The position numbers were made by a program, and so were the translations under genes. From a virus (taxonomy: Duplodnaviria > Caudoviricetes), in the IMG/VR virus record IMGVR_UViG_2932675082_000001, positions 13,620-77,619 of that record: DNA of 64,000 bases; one strand, given 5' to 3'. The number at the start of each line of letters is the position of its first letter. Within the stretch, counting starts at the first letter, position 1. Below, piece after piece: positions 26,136 through 35,809 of the stretch. The notes under the pieces are model-generated. The model ran no database searches. It saw nothing but the letters and a program-made list of their open reading frames with translations, and was not told where the DNA came from.

Positions 26136-27514
26136 GCGACCGCGAGCCCGACTTCGACCCGAGCTTCGAGCGGCAGCCGCCGCAGGACTTCCACGCCGAG
26201 CGGGGAAGCCTCGGCGCCCAGTTGATCTCCGCCCAGGCGATCGCCGATGTCCTCGGCACCGGGCTGCGCCCCGCCGAGTACTACCGGCCCGCCCACGAGA
26301 AGATCCAGGAGGCGATCACCGCCCTGTACGCGGCCGGCGACCCCGCGGACCCGATCACCGTCGCCCGGCAGCTCACCATCAGCGGCGACCTGCCGCGCTG
26401 CGGTGGCCCTGCCTACCTCCACGACCTGGTCCAGGCCGCCCCGGCCCCGTCGAACGCCGAGTACTACGCCAACATCGTCCGGGAGAAGGCCCGGCTGCGG
26501 GCCATCGGCGTCGCCCTCAACCGCGGCTCCAACATGGTCGCTTCGGCGGAGGGCGACCCGACCGAGGTCATCGAGACGATCCAGGCCGAGATCATCGCCG
26601 CCGCTGGTGCTGGTGACATGCCCGGTGCGGGCATCGGCCTCGCCCCTGTCGCCGCCAGCCTGGAAGCCACCCTCGACGCGATCGAGGCCGTCGACCAGGG
26701 CACCGTGCCTGTCGGAGCGCCGTGGGGCTTCAAGGATCTCGATGCGCTCACGGGCGGCATGCACCCCGGCCAGATGATCGTCATCGCGGGGCGGCCCGGG
26801 ATGGGCAAGTCCACTGCGGGCATGGACATCGCCCGTTCCGCCGCGATCCGGCACGGTCTCGGCACGGCGTTCTTCTCGCTGGAGATGTCCCGTACCGAGA
26901 TCATGAAGCGGATCATCTCTGCCGAGGGCCGGATCCCCTTGCACCACATGCAGACCCGCGGCGGCATGACCGACGACGACTGGAACCGCGCCGCGAAGAC
27001 CCTGGAAGCCATCGCCCAGGCGCCGCTGTACCTCGACGACTCCCCGGACCTCACGATGACGTCCATCCGCACCAAGGCCCGGCAGATGGCCGCGGAGACC
27101 GAACTCAAGTTGATCGTCATCGACTACATGCAGCTGCTGCGCTCCGGCGGCGGCCAGCGCTACGAGTCCCGGCAGCAGGAGGTGTCCGACCTGTCCAGGT
27201 TGATCAAGCTGCTCGCGAAGGAGCTGGAGATCCCCGTCATCGCCCTGTCCCAGCTCAACCGCGGACCCGAGCAGCGCACCGACAAGAAGCCGATGGCCGC
27301 AGACCTGCGCGAGTCCGGGGCGATCGAGCAGGACGCCGACCTGATCCTGTTGCTCCACCGGGAGGACGCCTACGACAAGGAGTCGGCGCGGGCCGGCGAG
27401 GCGGACTTCATCGTCGCGAAGAACCGGTCCGGGCCGACGTCGACCATCACCGTGGCGTTCCAGGGGCACTACTCGCGCTTCGTCGACATGGCCGCTGATC
27501 TTCGGGCAGCCTGA
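26132..27514 (+). CDS. dnaB: Replicative DNA helicase
   Basis: AGRPGMGKS, FFSLEM, IVIDYMQL, ALSQLNR, DLRESGAIEQDAD, KNRSGP. Confidence 0.95.
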   Translation: MSDREPDFDPSFERQPPQDFHAERGSLGAQLISAQAIADVLGTGLRPAEYYRPAHEKIQEAITALYAAGDPADPITVARQLTISGDLPRCGGPAYLHDLVQAAPAPSNAEYYANIVREKARLRAIGVALNRGSNMVASAEGDPTEVIETIQAEIIAAAGAGDMPGAGIGLAPVAASLEATLDAIEAVDQGTVPVGAPWGFKDLDALTGGMHPGQMIVIAGRPGMGKSTAGMDIARSAAIRHGLGTAFFSLEMSRTEIMKRIISAEGRIPLHHMQTRGGMTDDDWNRAAKTLEAIAQAPLYLDDSPDLTMTSIRTKARQMAAETELKLIVIDYMQLLRSGGGQRYESRQQEVSDLSRLIKLLAKELEIPVIALSQLNRGPEQRTDKKPMAADLRESGAIEQDADLILLLHREDAYDKESARAGEADFIVAKNRSGPTSTITVAFQGHYSRFVDMAADLRAA

Positions 27515-27643
27515 GCCGCTGCTTCTGGAGTCTTACCGCAATCGCGTTCCCAGTGGGCGAGTTGAGCGCGTTTCGTCACGTCAACGGGCTACCCGCATGC
27601 CCGCATCACTGGAACAATTCATCACATACCAGGAGGTTTCGTC

Positions 27644-28042
27644 ATGAACGACCCTACCCCTACCCGCATCCAACGCCTCCGCACCAAGGGCTGGCGCGCC
27701 CCCGAGAACGCCGTGTACGTCGGCCGCGGCAGCGCCTGGGGTAACTCGTGGCGCGTCGGCGCCACCACCGGCTGGACTGTCCTTCCCGGGGGGTGGATTG
27801 ACCGTCGCCCGCACGGCCCGCTCACCGCCGAGGAGGCCGTCGCCTGCTTCCGGAACTCCCGTACCCACGACATCGGGTTCCTCCGGATCATCCGCGAACG
27901 GCTGGCCGGCCGGACCCTGATGTGCTGGTGCCGCGTGGGTGCGGTGTGCCACGGGGACTGGCTGCTGGAGGTAGCGAACGGAGCGACGCCGCTGGAGGAC
28001 CTCGTAGACCGCAGCGCCAAGCCTGAATACCTGGAGGGCTGA
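27644..28042 (+). CDS. DUF4326-like protein
   Basis: VYVGRGSAWGN...LAGRTLMCWC....CHGD. Confidence 0.75.
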   Translation: MNDPTPTRIQRLRTKGWRAPENAVYVGRGSAWGNSWRVGATTGWTVLPGGWIDRRPHGPLTAEEAVACFRNSRTHDIGFLRIIRERLAGRTLMCWCRVGAVCHGDWLLEVANGATPLEDLVDRSAKPEYLEG

Positions 28043-28335
28043 TGGACCTCACCACCTCGGCCGGCACTCGGGAGTTCCTGCTGCTCTGCCTCGACGGCCG
28101 CCGCAAGCGCACAGCGACCCAGCTCGCCAGGGTCATGCAGCTGCAGCCCACGTTCGCAGACGCGGTCGACCAGCACGCCCCCGAACTGGCGGTCCTGCGG
28201 CGGCGGGCCGAGGATGCCCAGATGGCCGCGGCGAGCGCGAAGGCGGCCGCCGACCGGGCCAGGAGCGAGTACGGCGCAGCATTGGAGTCTTGGGCCCGTG
28301 CGTCGGCGTCCACCTCAACCGGGGAAGCCCGGTGA
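28042..28335 (+). CDS. Hypothetical coiled-coil protein
   Basis: TGATG coupling. Confidence 0.5.
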   Translation: MDLTTSAGTREFLLLCLDGRRKRTATQLARVMQLQPTFADAVDQHAPELAVLRRRAEDAQMAAASAKAAADRARSEYGAALESWARASASTSTGEAR

Positions 28336-28388
28336 CCGCCACCCCGCCGCTCACCGCGGCCGAGCTTCGAGACCTGGAAGGCTGAACC

Positions 28389-29177
28389 ATGCAGGTCAAC
28401 AACCCCGGTTCCCACTGGCGCTCGCGGACACCCACCCGCAGTGGTCACGTCGACCCGCTGAACTGGCGCCCCATGTCCGAGGTCCGCATCGGCAACGGCC
28501 CGAGCACCGTTGAAGGTCGTCTCCGCGAGGCCGAATACGACCGTCGTCGCCGCGAGCACAACGTCCAACTTCAGCCCGGTACTCTCGTCATCCACGACCG
28601 CGCCCCGTACCGGGTCGTCGAGGTCAGGGAGCACCCACACGATCTGTGGCCGGAGAAGTTCGAGCACTACTGGCAGTTGCACCACGATCTGTGGGCCGCG
28701 AACCCGGGGAACCGCCCGGAGCCGACCAGGGCAGCGTGGCGGGACCGGCCTGTGGTTGTCGTCCTCGCGCCGGACGGCGGCGGCAAGGAGCGGCACTTGG
28801 TCGGGCCGGCGTCGCATGACTGGCCGGTGCTGCCGGAGCACTACGCGGTGTGCCGGTCGTGTGGTGAGCTGCCGCCGTGCCGGGAGGAGGAGCTCGACGC
28901 GGCCGTCGGCGCGCAACTTGCGCTCTCGGGACGCCTGCTGTCGATTCCGGCGGGGAACTGCATGGGCTGCGGTGAGGGGATCAGCAGCCGGCAGAAGTCC
29001 GTGCGGTTCCCTGGTCCGAATCTGTGGCGCCCGGATCTGCCGGAGGGCACAGCCCGGGTCCATGCTCGGAAGGAGTGCTCGGACTGGGTGGATCGCTATC
29101 AGGCGCAGCGGAAGGCCCAGGGCGCCCCTGTGGGTGTCGAGCAGCCTGCGTTGCCACTGGGGGGTGATGCCGCGTGA
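28389..29177 (+). CDS. Hypothetical protein with CxxC motifs
   Basis: ORF with coding-like codon usage; start uncertain. Confidence 0.5.
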   Translation: MQVNNPGSHWRSRTPTRSGHVDPLNWRPMSEVRIGNGPSTVEGRLREAEYDRRRREHNVQLQPGTLVIHDRAPYRVVEVREHPHDLWPEKFEHYWQLHHDLWAANPGNRPEPTRAAWRDRPVVVVLAPDGGGKERHLVGPASHDWPVLPEHYAVCRSCGELPPCREEELDAAVGAQLALSGRLLSIPAGNCMGCGEGISSRQKSVRFPGPNLWRPDLPEGTARVHARKECSDWVDRYQAQRKAQGAPVGVEQPALPLGGDAA

Positions 29178-29583
29178 GGCCCTTCACGCCCCCTCCAGGG
29201 GGCATCTGCGGGCACTGTGAGCAAACCCTGCCCGTCACCATCGCCACCTACGAACAACAGCACAAGGAGCAGCAGTGAACACCGATCACGACCAGCCCAC
29301 CGACGAGTCCCTCGCGGATCCCGAACTGGACGACGTCGACGAGCCGTTCGACCACGGCGGCTGCTTCCAGCCGCACGTCCGCGGCGGCGAGTACTACGAC
29401 TGCGACGGCCGCCCACTCTGACCAGCCCAGGAGGAAACCGTCAGGCGCCCACTCGATAGAGTGAAGTTGCAACGGCCGCAGACCGGTTCGGGGATCGCAG
29501 CAAGTCAATCCCTGCGGCGCCCTGCTATGGTCCGGCCCGTTCCCCCCACCGCCACCCGGCGTCAGCAGATGGGAAGTTCTTTT

Positions 29584-30768
29584 ATGACCAGCGACGCCGT
29601 CGACCGTCTCCCCCAACGGGCCTTCCGGCTGATCGTCACCGGTGGCGGCACCGGTGGGCACACCTACCCTGCACTGACCGCGGTGCGCACCGCACGATCC
29701 AGGCTCGCCGCTGCCGGCCGTGGTCTGGACGTGCTGTGGGTCGGTACTCGAAACAGTCTGGAGTCGCGGGTCGCGGCGAGTGAGGGGATCGAGTTCGAGG
29801 CGGTTGCCACGGGAAAGATCCGACGCCACCGGAACCCACTCAAGATGGTCTCCCCGGCAAACGTTCGGGATATGGCGCGCGTGCCGCTCGGCGTCGCCCA
29901 GGCCCGCGCAGTGGTCTCCCGGTTCCGCCCTGACGTGGTGCTGGCCACGGGCGGATACGTCGCCGTGCCGGTGGGCATTGCCGCTTCACTGTGCCGCCGC
30001 CCGCTTGTCGTCCACGAGCAAACCGTGCGGCTGGGCCTGGCCAACCGGACGCTCGCAGGCCGGGCCGAGCGCATCGCGGTGTCATCCGAGTCCACGCTGT
30101 CGCTGCTGCCGGAGGCGTCCCGCTCGATCGCGGTCGTCACCGGCAACCCGGTGCGGCCCGAGGTACTGACCGGTGACGCGGACAAGGCGATCCAGTCGCT
30201 CGGGCTGCACGGCTTCCACCGTGACCTGCCAACGGTGTACGTCACAGGCGGCGCGCAGGGATCGGAGCAGATCAACGGCCTGGTGGCCGAGGTGTTGCCG
30301 TGGCTGCTGACCGGCGCCAATGTGATCCACCAGTGCGGCCCGGCGAACGAGGAAGCCCTGCGCGCTCGCGCCGCGGGCCTTCCCGCAGAGCTCGCCGCCC
30401 GCTACTGGCTAACCGGGTTCGTCGGGCCCGAGCTGCCCGACGTCCTGGCGCTGGCCGATGTGGTGATCGCCCGCAGCGGCGCGGGGACGATCGCCGAGCT
30501 GACCGCCCTCGGCAAGGCCGCGGTTCTCATCCCCCTCGCCAGCTCGGCCGGCAACGAGCAGGCCCACAACGCGAGTCACCTGCAGGACGCCGGCGCAGCG
30601 GTCGCTCTTCTGGGTGACGTGACGCCTGACCGACTCCGGGACGCCATGGGGCCGCTGCTGGGCGACGTCGAGCAGCGCACGACCGTCGCAGAACGGGCGC
30701 GTGCCTACGGCCGGCCGGACGCTGCCGACCGGCTGGTAGACGTGCTGTTCTCCGCCGCCTCGCACTGA
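29584..30768 (+). CDS. MurG-like GT28 glycosyltransferase
   Basis: GGGTGGHTYPAL, TGGYV, HEQ, GNPVR, GGAQGS, RSGAGTIAE, EQAHNA. Confidence 0.9.
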   Translation: MTSDAVDRLPQRAFRLIVTGGGTGGHTYPALTAVRTARSRLAAAGRGLDVLWVGTRNSLESRVAASEGIEFEAVATGKIRRHRNPLKMVSPANVRDMARVPLGVAQARAVVSRFRPDVVLATGGYVAVPVGIAASLCRRPLVVHEQTVRLGLANRTLAGRAERIAVSSESTLSLLPEASRSIAVVTGNPVRPEVLTGDADKAIQSLGLHGFHRDLPTVYVTGGAQGSEQINGLVAEVLPWLLTGANVIHQCGPANEEALRARAAGLPAELAARYWLTGFVGPELPDVLALADVVIARSGAGTIAELTALGKAAVLIPLASSAGNEQAHNASHLQDAGAAVALLGDVTPDRLRDAMGPLLGDVEQRTTVAERARAYGRPDAADRLVDVLFSAASH

Positions 30769-30819
30769 CGGGCGACTACGGACGGGGCCCGAGGGCGCGC
30801 CTCGGACCCCAGTGTTCTC

Positions 30820-31470
30820 TCACGCGCCAGGGAGGTCCCTGGACAGTTCACGCGTCCAGTCGCCCCGATCGCCGAGGTCGGCATTGTCCCGGCTGAAATG
30901 GGTCACCGCGCCGGCTGCCTCCTGGGGGCGGGGCACGATCCGATCCAGGTGGGGCAGCGTGTCCGAGATGAGCAGCCGCCCGTGACGCATGCACCGGTCC
31001 CAGACGTCGCGGACCTCATCTACGTCGGGCCAGATGGAAAAGACCGCCTCGGCGAGCACCGGACCGGAGTCGATACCCGCGTCGATGACGTGGATCGTGA
31101 TGCCGTGCAGATGCTCGCCATTGCGCAGAGCCCAGTTGACCGGCCGCACCCCCCGGTAGCCGGGCAGGCGGCCCGGGTGGCAGTTGATGATACGGCTAGT
31201 GGCGTCGATGAGCTCCGGTCCGATGATCTTGTCGTAGAGGACGCTGAACACCAGGTCGCAGCGCCCGGGTTCCAGATCCCGCCAGTCACCCGAGCGGAGG
31301 ATGCGAGCCTCGGGGAAGCGTTCGACGGCGTAGTCGGACAAGCGGATGTCCCAGTCCGGCTCGACCGCGTTCGGGATCACCGTGTCCAGGACGACGCCGG
31401 GCATCGCAGCGATCGTCGCGCAGGCATGCGCGGCCAAGGCGCCCTTCCCGAGGACGGCCGCCCGCCTCAC
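30820..31470 (-). CDS. Sugar N-formyltransferase
   Basis: INCHPGRLPGYRG...GITIHVIDAGIDSG formyltransferase motifs. Confidence 0.85.
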   Translation of the reverse strand: MRRAAVLGKGALAAHACATIAAMPGVVLDTVIPNAVEPDWDIRLSDYAVERFPEARILRSGDWRDLEPGRCDLVFSVLYDKIIGPELIDATSRIINCHPGRLPGYRGVRPVNWALRNGEHLHGITIHVIDAGIDSGPVLAEAVFSIWPDVDEVRDVWDRCMRHGRLLISDTLPHLDRIVPRPQEAAGAVTHFSRDNADLGDRGDWTRELSRDLPGA

Positions 31471-32594
31471 TTCCCGCTCCCGGTCGCGGCCTTGAGCGCG
31501 GCGACGACGTGGCGCACGTCGTCATCGGTCATGTGCTGGTGGAACGGCAGCGTCAGGATCTCCCGGCCGACCTGCTCGGTGACGGGCAGCTCCCGCCGCC
31601 ACGAGGCGAATGCGGGCTGGAGGTGATTGGGCGGATAGTGGACGCCGACCGCAATGCCCGCGGCGAGCATGCGCCGGAACACCTCCTCGCGGTCGGTGAC
31701 CCGGACCACGCACAGATTCGGCACGGTGTGATCCACGTCCACGTCCACCAGCCTGGCGGCCGGCACGTCTCGCAGCGCGGAGCGGTAGGACCGCCACAGC
31801 TCCTGGCGGTTGACCTCAGTGGTCCGGAACTTGGGCAACTGGGCCAGGCCGATCGCCGCGTTGATCGAGGAGAGCTGGTAGCGCAGCCCGAAGCCCTCCA
31901 CGCGGTAGGCGGTGGCGGCCTGTCGTTCCGCCTGCGATGAGACGACGCCGAGCAGCCGCAGCCGGCGGATCGCGGCGGCCTCTTCGGGCGTACGCGGGAT
32001 GACCATGCCGCCCTGCCCGCACGTCAGGTTCTTGATCGGCCCGAAGGAGAAGCACGTTAGGTCGCCTGTGTTGCCGACTCGGACGGAGCCGGAGTAGGAG
32101 CCGAAGGCGTGCGCGGCGTCCTCGACGACGGCGATGCCCCGCCGGTCGAGCGTGTCGCGGATCTCGGTGAGGGCGACGGCCCGACCGCCGTACAGGACAG
32201 GCATCGCGGCCCGGGTGTCAGAGGTGAGGGCCTCCAGTACAGCGGCGGGCTCGATGCACAGGGTGTCCGGGTTCACCTCGATGAAGCGGGGCACGGCACC
32301 GCAGGCCACGATGGCCTGGATCGTGGCGCAGAACGTCAGCGAGGGAACGATCACTTCGTGGCCAGGGCCGACGCCCGCGGCGAGCAGCGCGGTGTGCAGC
32401 GCGGCGGTGCCGGAGGTGACGGCCACCGCGTCCGGCACCCCGAGGAACGCGGCGACCTTCCGCTCGAACTCCTCGGTGACCTCGGTGTGCCCGTACTGGC
32501 CGCCCTGCAGCACCCGGGCGACCGCTTCGCCCTCGCCTCCGTAGAGGAACGGCGTCGCGTTGCGCCGGTAATCGGGTGTGGTGGTGGGGTTCAA
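31467..32594 (-). CDS. DegT/DnrJ/EryC1/StrS aminotransferase
   Basis: SGTAAL, EDAAHAFG, FSFGPIKNLTCGQGG. Confidence 0.92.
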   Translation of the reverse strand: MNPTTTPDYRRNATPFLYGGEGEAVARVLQGGQYGHTEVTEEFERKVAAFLGVPDAVAVTSGTAALHTALLAAGVGPGHEVIVPSLTFCATIQAIVACGAVPRFIEVNPDTLCIEPAAVLEALTSDTRAAMPVLYGGRAVALTEIRDTLDRRGIAVVEDAAHAFGSYSGSVRVGNTGDLTCFSFGPIKNLTCGQGGMVIPRTPEEAAAIRRLRLLGVVSSQAERQAATAYRVEGFGLRYQLSSINAAIGLAQLPKFRTTEVNRQELWRSYRSALRDVPAARLVDVDVDHTVPNLCVVRVTDREEVFRRMLAAGIAVGVHYPPNHLQPAFASWRRELPVTEQVGREILTLPFHQHMTDDDVRHVVAALKAATGSGK

Positions 32595-32627
32595 CGCAGT
32601 TTCCTTTCCGTCGTTGCTTCGTGGCGG

Positions 32628-33638
32628 TCACACCGGGTGGTCGATGAGTTCAGGAATGGCCGGGACGGCTGGCTGGGCGGTGCGCAGGAGCGGCGCCCAG
32701 CGGTCGGGGTTGCGGCGGTACCAGTCAGCGGTCTCCGCGAGACCGTCCTCCAGCCCGCGCTCGGGGCAGTAGCCGAGGGCGGCGATCTTCGACCAGTTCA
32801 GGGCGTAGCGGAGATCGTTGGCAGCCCGGTCGGGAATGTAGTCCACGCAGTCCCAGCCGGCGTCGAACATCCGCAGCAGGAGGCCGGTCAGCTCCTTGCT
32901 GGTCAGGTCGGTGCCGCCCCCGATGTTGTAGACCTCGCCCGGGGTGCCGGCGCGCAGCACTAGTTCGATGCCCTGGCAGTTGTCCTCAACGTGGAGCCAG
33001 TTGCGCACGTGCTGGCCGCGCCCGTGAAGGGTCAGCCTGTGGCCCTTCAGCAGACGGGCGATGAACAGCGGGATGATCTTCTCGGGGTGCTGGCGGGGCC
33101 CGTAGTTGTTCGAGGAGCGGGTCACGCACACGGGAACGCCGAACGTCTGGAAGTAGGACAGCGCCACAAGGTCGCTGGCGGCCTTCGACGCGGCGTAGGG
33201 AACGCTGGGCCGGATCGGGTCCGTCTCGGCGGCCTGGCCAGTCAGGAGCGGCCCGTACACCTCGTCGGTGGACACGTGGACGAACCGGCAAACGCCGGCC
33301 TTCCTGGCGGCCTCCAGCAGGGTGTAGGTGCCCAGGACGTTGGTCCCCAGGAAGCTCCCGGTGTCGTAGAACGAGCGGTCCACGTGCGACTCGGCAGCGA
33401 AGTGCACGATCGCGGTGTGCTCCTGGGCGAGCCGCTCGACCAGCTGAGCATCGCAGATGTCGCCCCGGATGAACGTCAGCTTGGGCGACAGCATCGCCTC
33501 GCCCAGGTTCTCGACGCTCCCGGCGTACGTGAGAGCGTCGAGCACGGTCACCCGGGCCACGTCATCGGCGCGCAACAGGCGCCTGGCAAAGTGCGAGCCG
33601 ATGAAGCCCGCACCGCCGGTGATCAGCACTTGTTCCAT
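32628..33638 (-). CDS. rmlB: dTDP-glucose 4,6-dehydratase
   Basis: TGGAGFIGS, HFAAESHVDRS, STDEVYG, YAASK, SNNYGP. Confidence 0.92.
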   Translation of the reverse strand: MEQVLITGGAGFIGSHFARRLLRADDVARVTVLDALTYAGSVENLGEAMLSPKLTFIRGDICDAQLVERLAQEHTAIVHFAAESHVDRSFYDTGSFLGTNVLGTYTLLEAARKAGVCRFVHVSTDEVYGPLLTGQAAETDPIRPSVPYAASKAASDLVALSYFQTFGVPVCVTRSSNNYGPRQHPEKIIPLFIARLLKGHRLTLHGRGQHVRNWLHVEDNCQGIELVLRAGTPGEVYNIGGGTDLTSKELTGLLLRMFDAGWDCVDYIPDRAANDLRYALNWSKIAALGYCPERGLEDGLAETADWYRRNPDRWAPLLRTAQPAVPAIPELIDHPV

Positions 33639-33862
33639 GGCTGGACCCCTTTCCTCTCCACGTTGAGCTGGGGAGGACCGGCAAACGCCTCCCGTGGAGA
33701 CAGGGAACCCGAGCACACGCAACTGACGCGATGTCAGATGGTGGTGAAATTTTGATGAAAGATGGGGCTGTCACCGGAAATTCCGCAGTTCCTCGCTGTT
33801 GCCGAGCGTACCCATTTCGCTACTGTCAGGAGGTGCAGTAGTGGCAGACCCTGGGGGGCCTC

Positions 33863-35155
33863 ATGGGCAGGGCGAACGACACGATCCGGCACCTACGCGA
33901 AGTCGAGTGGGACATGTCGCGCAAGGAGGCCGCGGAGTTCCTCGCGACCGAGGCGATCAAGATGGGCGAGCCGGTCTTCCTGGTCGCCCGGACGATTGCG
34001 ACCTGGGAGGACGGCACGACCGCGTGGCCGAGGGCCAAGTACCGCCGGCTTCTCCACCGTGTGACCGGCCGGACCGCCACCGAGCTGGGCTTCACACCCC
34101 CGCCGTACAGGGGCCGGGCCACGGCTCCCGCAGCGGCCACATCGAAAGACGGTGACGAGGACGTGCGCCGACGCAGCGTACTTCTGGGCGCCGGCGCCGC
34201 GCTGCTGACCGCCGCCGTCCCCCCGATCGCAGACTCCGGCCCCGCTCTGGGCCCCGACCACGTCCAAGCGCTCCAGGACGCCGAGCAGGCCCTGTACGCG
34301 CAGGACCGCGACCACGGCTCCGCCGACCTCGCGGGCCAGGCAAGCACCGCGTTGGACACCGCGCGCACCTGGCTGGCCCACGGCCGCTACGACGATCAGC
34401 TCGGCCGCCAGCTCAACACCGCCACCGGCATGCTGTCCGTCGCCGCCGGCTGGCTCGCACTCGACAGCGGACGCACCAAGGACGCCCGGTCGCTGTACAC
34501 CGAAGCCCTCGCCAGCGCCCGGCAGGCCGACGACCCCGGCCTGGAAGCACACGCGTTCTCGTGCCTGTCCCTCCTCGCCCACGCCGCCGGCCGACCGCGC
34601 GAGGCCGTCGGCAACGCCCAGGTGGCGCAGCGCGCCGCCGCCGGGCTCGGCTCGCCGCGCTGGCTCGCGCTCCTGGCGATGCGGGAGGCCCGCGGCTGGG
34701 CGCTCCAGGGGGACCGCACGCTGACTGAGCAGGCGCTGGTGCGGGCCTACGACCTGTACTCGAAGGGTCCACGGGACGCCGATCCCGACTGGCTGGAGTT
34801 CTTCGTCCCCGCCGAACTGGCCGGCCTGGAGTCGCTGTGCCGGGCCGATCTCGGCCAGCTCGACCGGGCGTGCGCCGGCGCCGAGCAGGCGGTAATGCTC
34901 TTCGCCCAGGGCCACGCCCGCAACCGGGCGCTGTACACCGCCGACATCGCGCTCCACCAGGCACGCCGCGAGCGGCCCGACCTCGACGCCGCCACCGACG
35001 CCGGCCACCGCACCCTCGCCTACTTGAAGGACGTCCGCTCCAAGCGGCTGCTCGCTTCCCTGCACGGCATCGCCAATTCACTGGAATACCACCGCGAAGT
35101 GCCGTGCGTGGCCCGCTACCTCCACGCCTACCGAACCGCCGTCCCCGTTGCCTGA
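33863..35155 (+). CDS. XRE-HTH/TPR-like actinobacterial regulator
   Basis: N-terminal HTH (IATWEDG..WP), RRRSVLL linker, helical sensor domain (AGWLALDSG, PDWLEF). Confidence 0.8.
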   Translation: MGRANDTIRHLREVEWDMSRKEAAEFLATEAIKMGEPVFLVARTIATWEDGTTAWPRAKYRRLLHRVTGRTATELGFTPPPYRGRATAPAAATSKDGDEDVRRRSVLLGAGAALLTAAVPPIADSGPALGPDHVQALQDAEQALYAQDRDHGSADLAGQASTALDTARTWLAHGRYDDQLGRQLNTATGMLSVAAGWLALDSGRTKDARSLYTEALASARQADDPGLEAHAFSCLSLLAHAAGRPREAVGNAQVAQRAAAGLGSPRWLALLAMREARGWALQGDRTLTEQALVRAYDLYSKGPRDADPDWLEFFVPAELAGLESLCRADLGQLDRACAGAEQAVMLFAQGHARNRALYTADIALHQARRERPDLDAATDAGHRTLAYLKDVRSKRLLASLHGIANSLEYHREVPCVARYLHAYRTAVPVA

Positions 35156-35165
35156 AGGACCCCTC

Positions 35166-35735
35166 ATGGCCTTGCCCGCCACGTCGTTGCCCATACGGCG
35201 CCATGGAGCCGACGGCACCATCGCCCTGCTGGACACTCTCACCGACATCTGGGCCCACGCCCACACCGGTCACGACGACGTCGCCGAGGCCGGCTTCACC
35301 CCCGAGACCCTGCGCCGCCAGATCACCGCGCACACCCGCCATGACGGCTTCGCGCTCATCGTGGCCTCCTCGACCGACCAGGCCGTCGGCTTCGGCTACG
35401 GCTTCCGGTGCACCCCCGCCTACTGGTACGGCGAACAGCTTCTGCCGGCCATCACGTCAGACGCCCGCGACACCGACTCCCTCGCCGGCATCTGTGAACT
35501 CGCCGTCCGACCTGACTGGCAGGGCCAAGGCGTCGGCTCCCGCCTCCACGCCGCGCTGCTGGAGGCGCTGGACACCGAATGGGTGTCGCTTCTCGTGATG
35601 CCGGGCAACGGCCCGGCCCGGAGGCTTTACGATCGCCTGGGGTACCGGTACGCCGGCCCCTACCGCCCCGGACCGGACGGACCGGAGCTCGACCTCCTCC
35701 TGCTCCGCACGCCTTCGGCCCCAAGCGCGCCCTGA
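35166..35735 (+). CDS. GNAT acetyltransferase
   Basis: ELAVRPDWQGQGVGSRL, NGPARRLYDRLGY. Confidence 0.85.
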   Translation: MALPATSLPIRRHGADGTIALLDTLTDIWAHAHTGHDDVAEAGFTPETLRRQITAHTRHDGFALIVASSTDQAVGFGYGFRCTPAYWYGEQLLPAITSDARDTDSLAGICELAVRPDWQGQGVGSRLHAALLEALDTEWVSLLVMPGNGPARRLYDRLGYRYAGPYRPGPDGPELDLLLLRTPSAPSAP

Positions 35736-35809
35736 CTGGCGGCATCTGGGCACGCACAGCAGTCCGACGTCCTTGCTACGGTAAACGAGCATCGACAACG
35801 GGGGGTGTG

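Noticed and set aside
29584-30768. Host housekeeping murG marking the prophage boundary
   Set aside because: No dcw cluster neighbours, and phage genes continue on both sides
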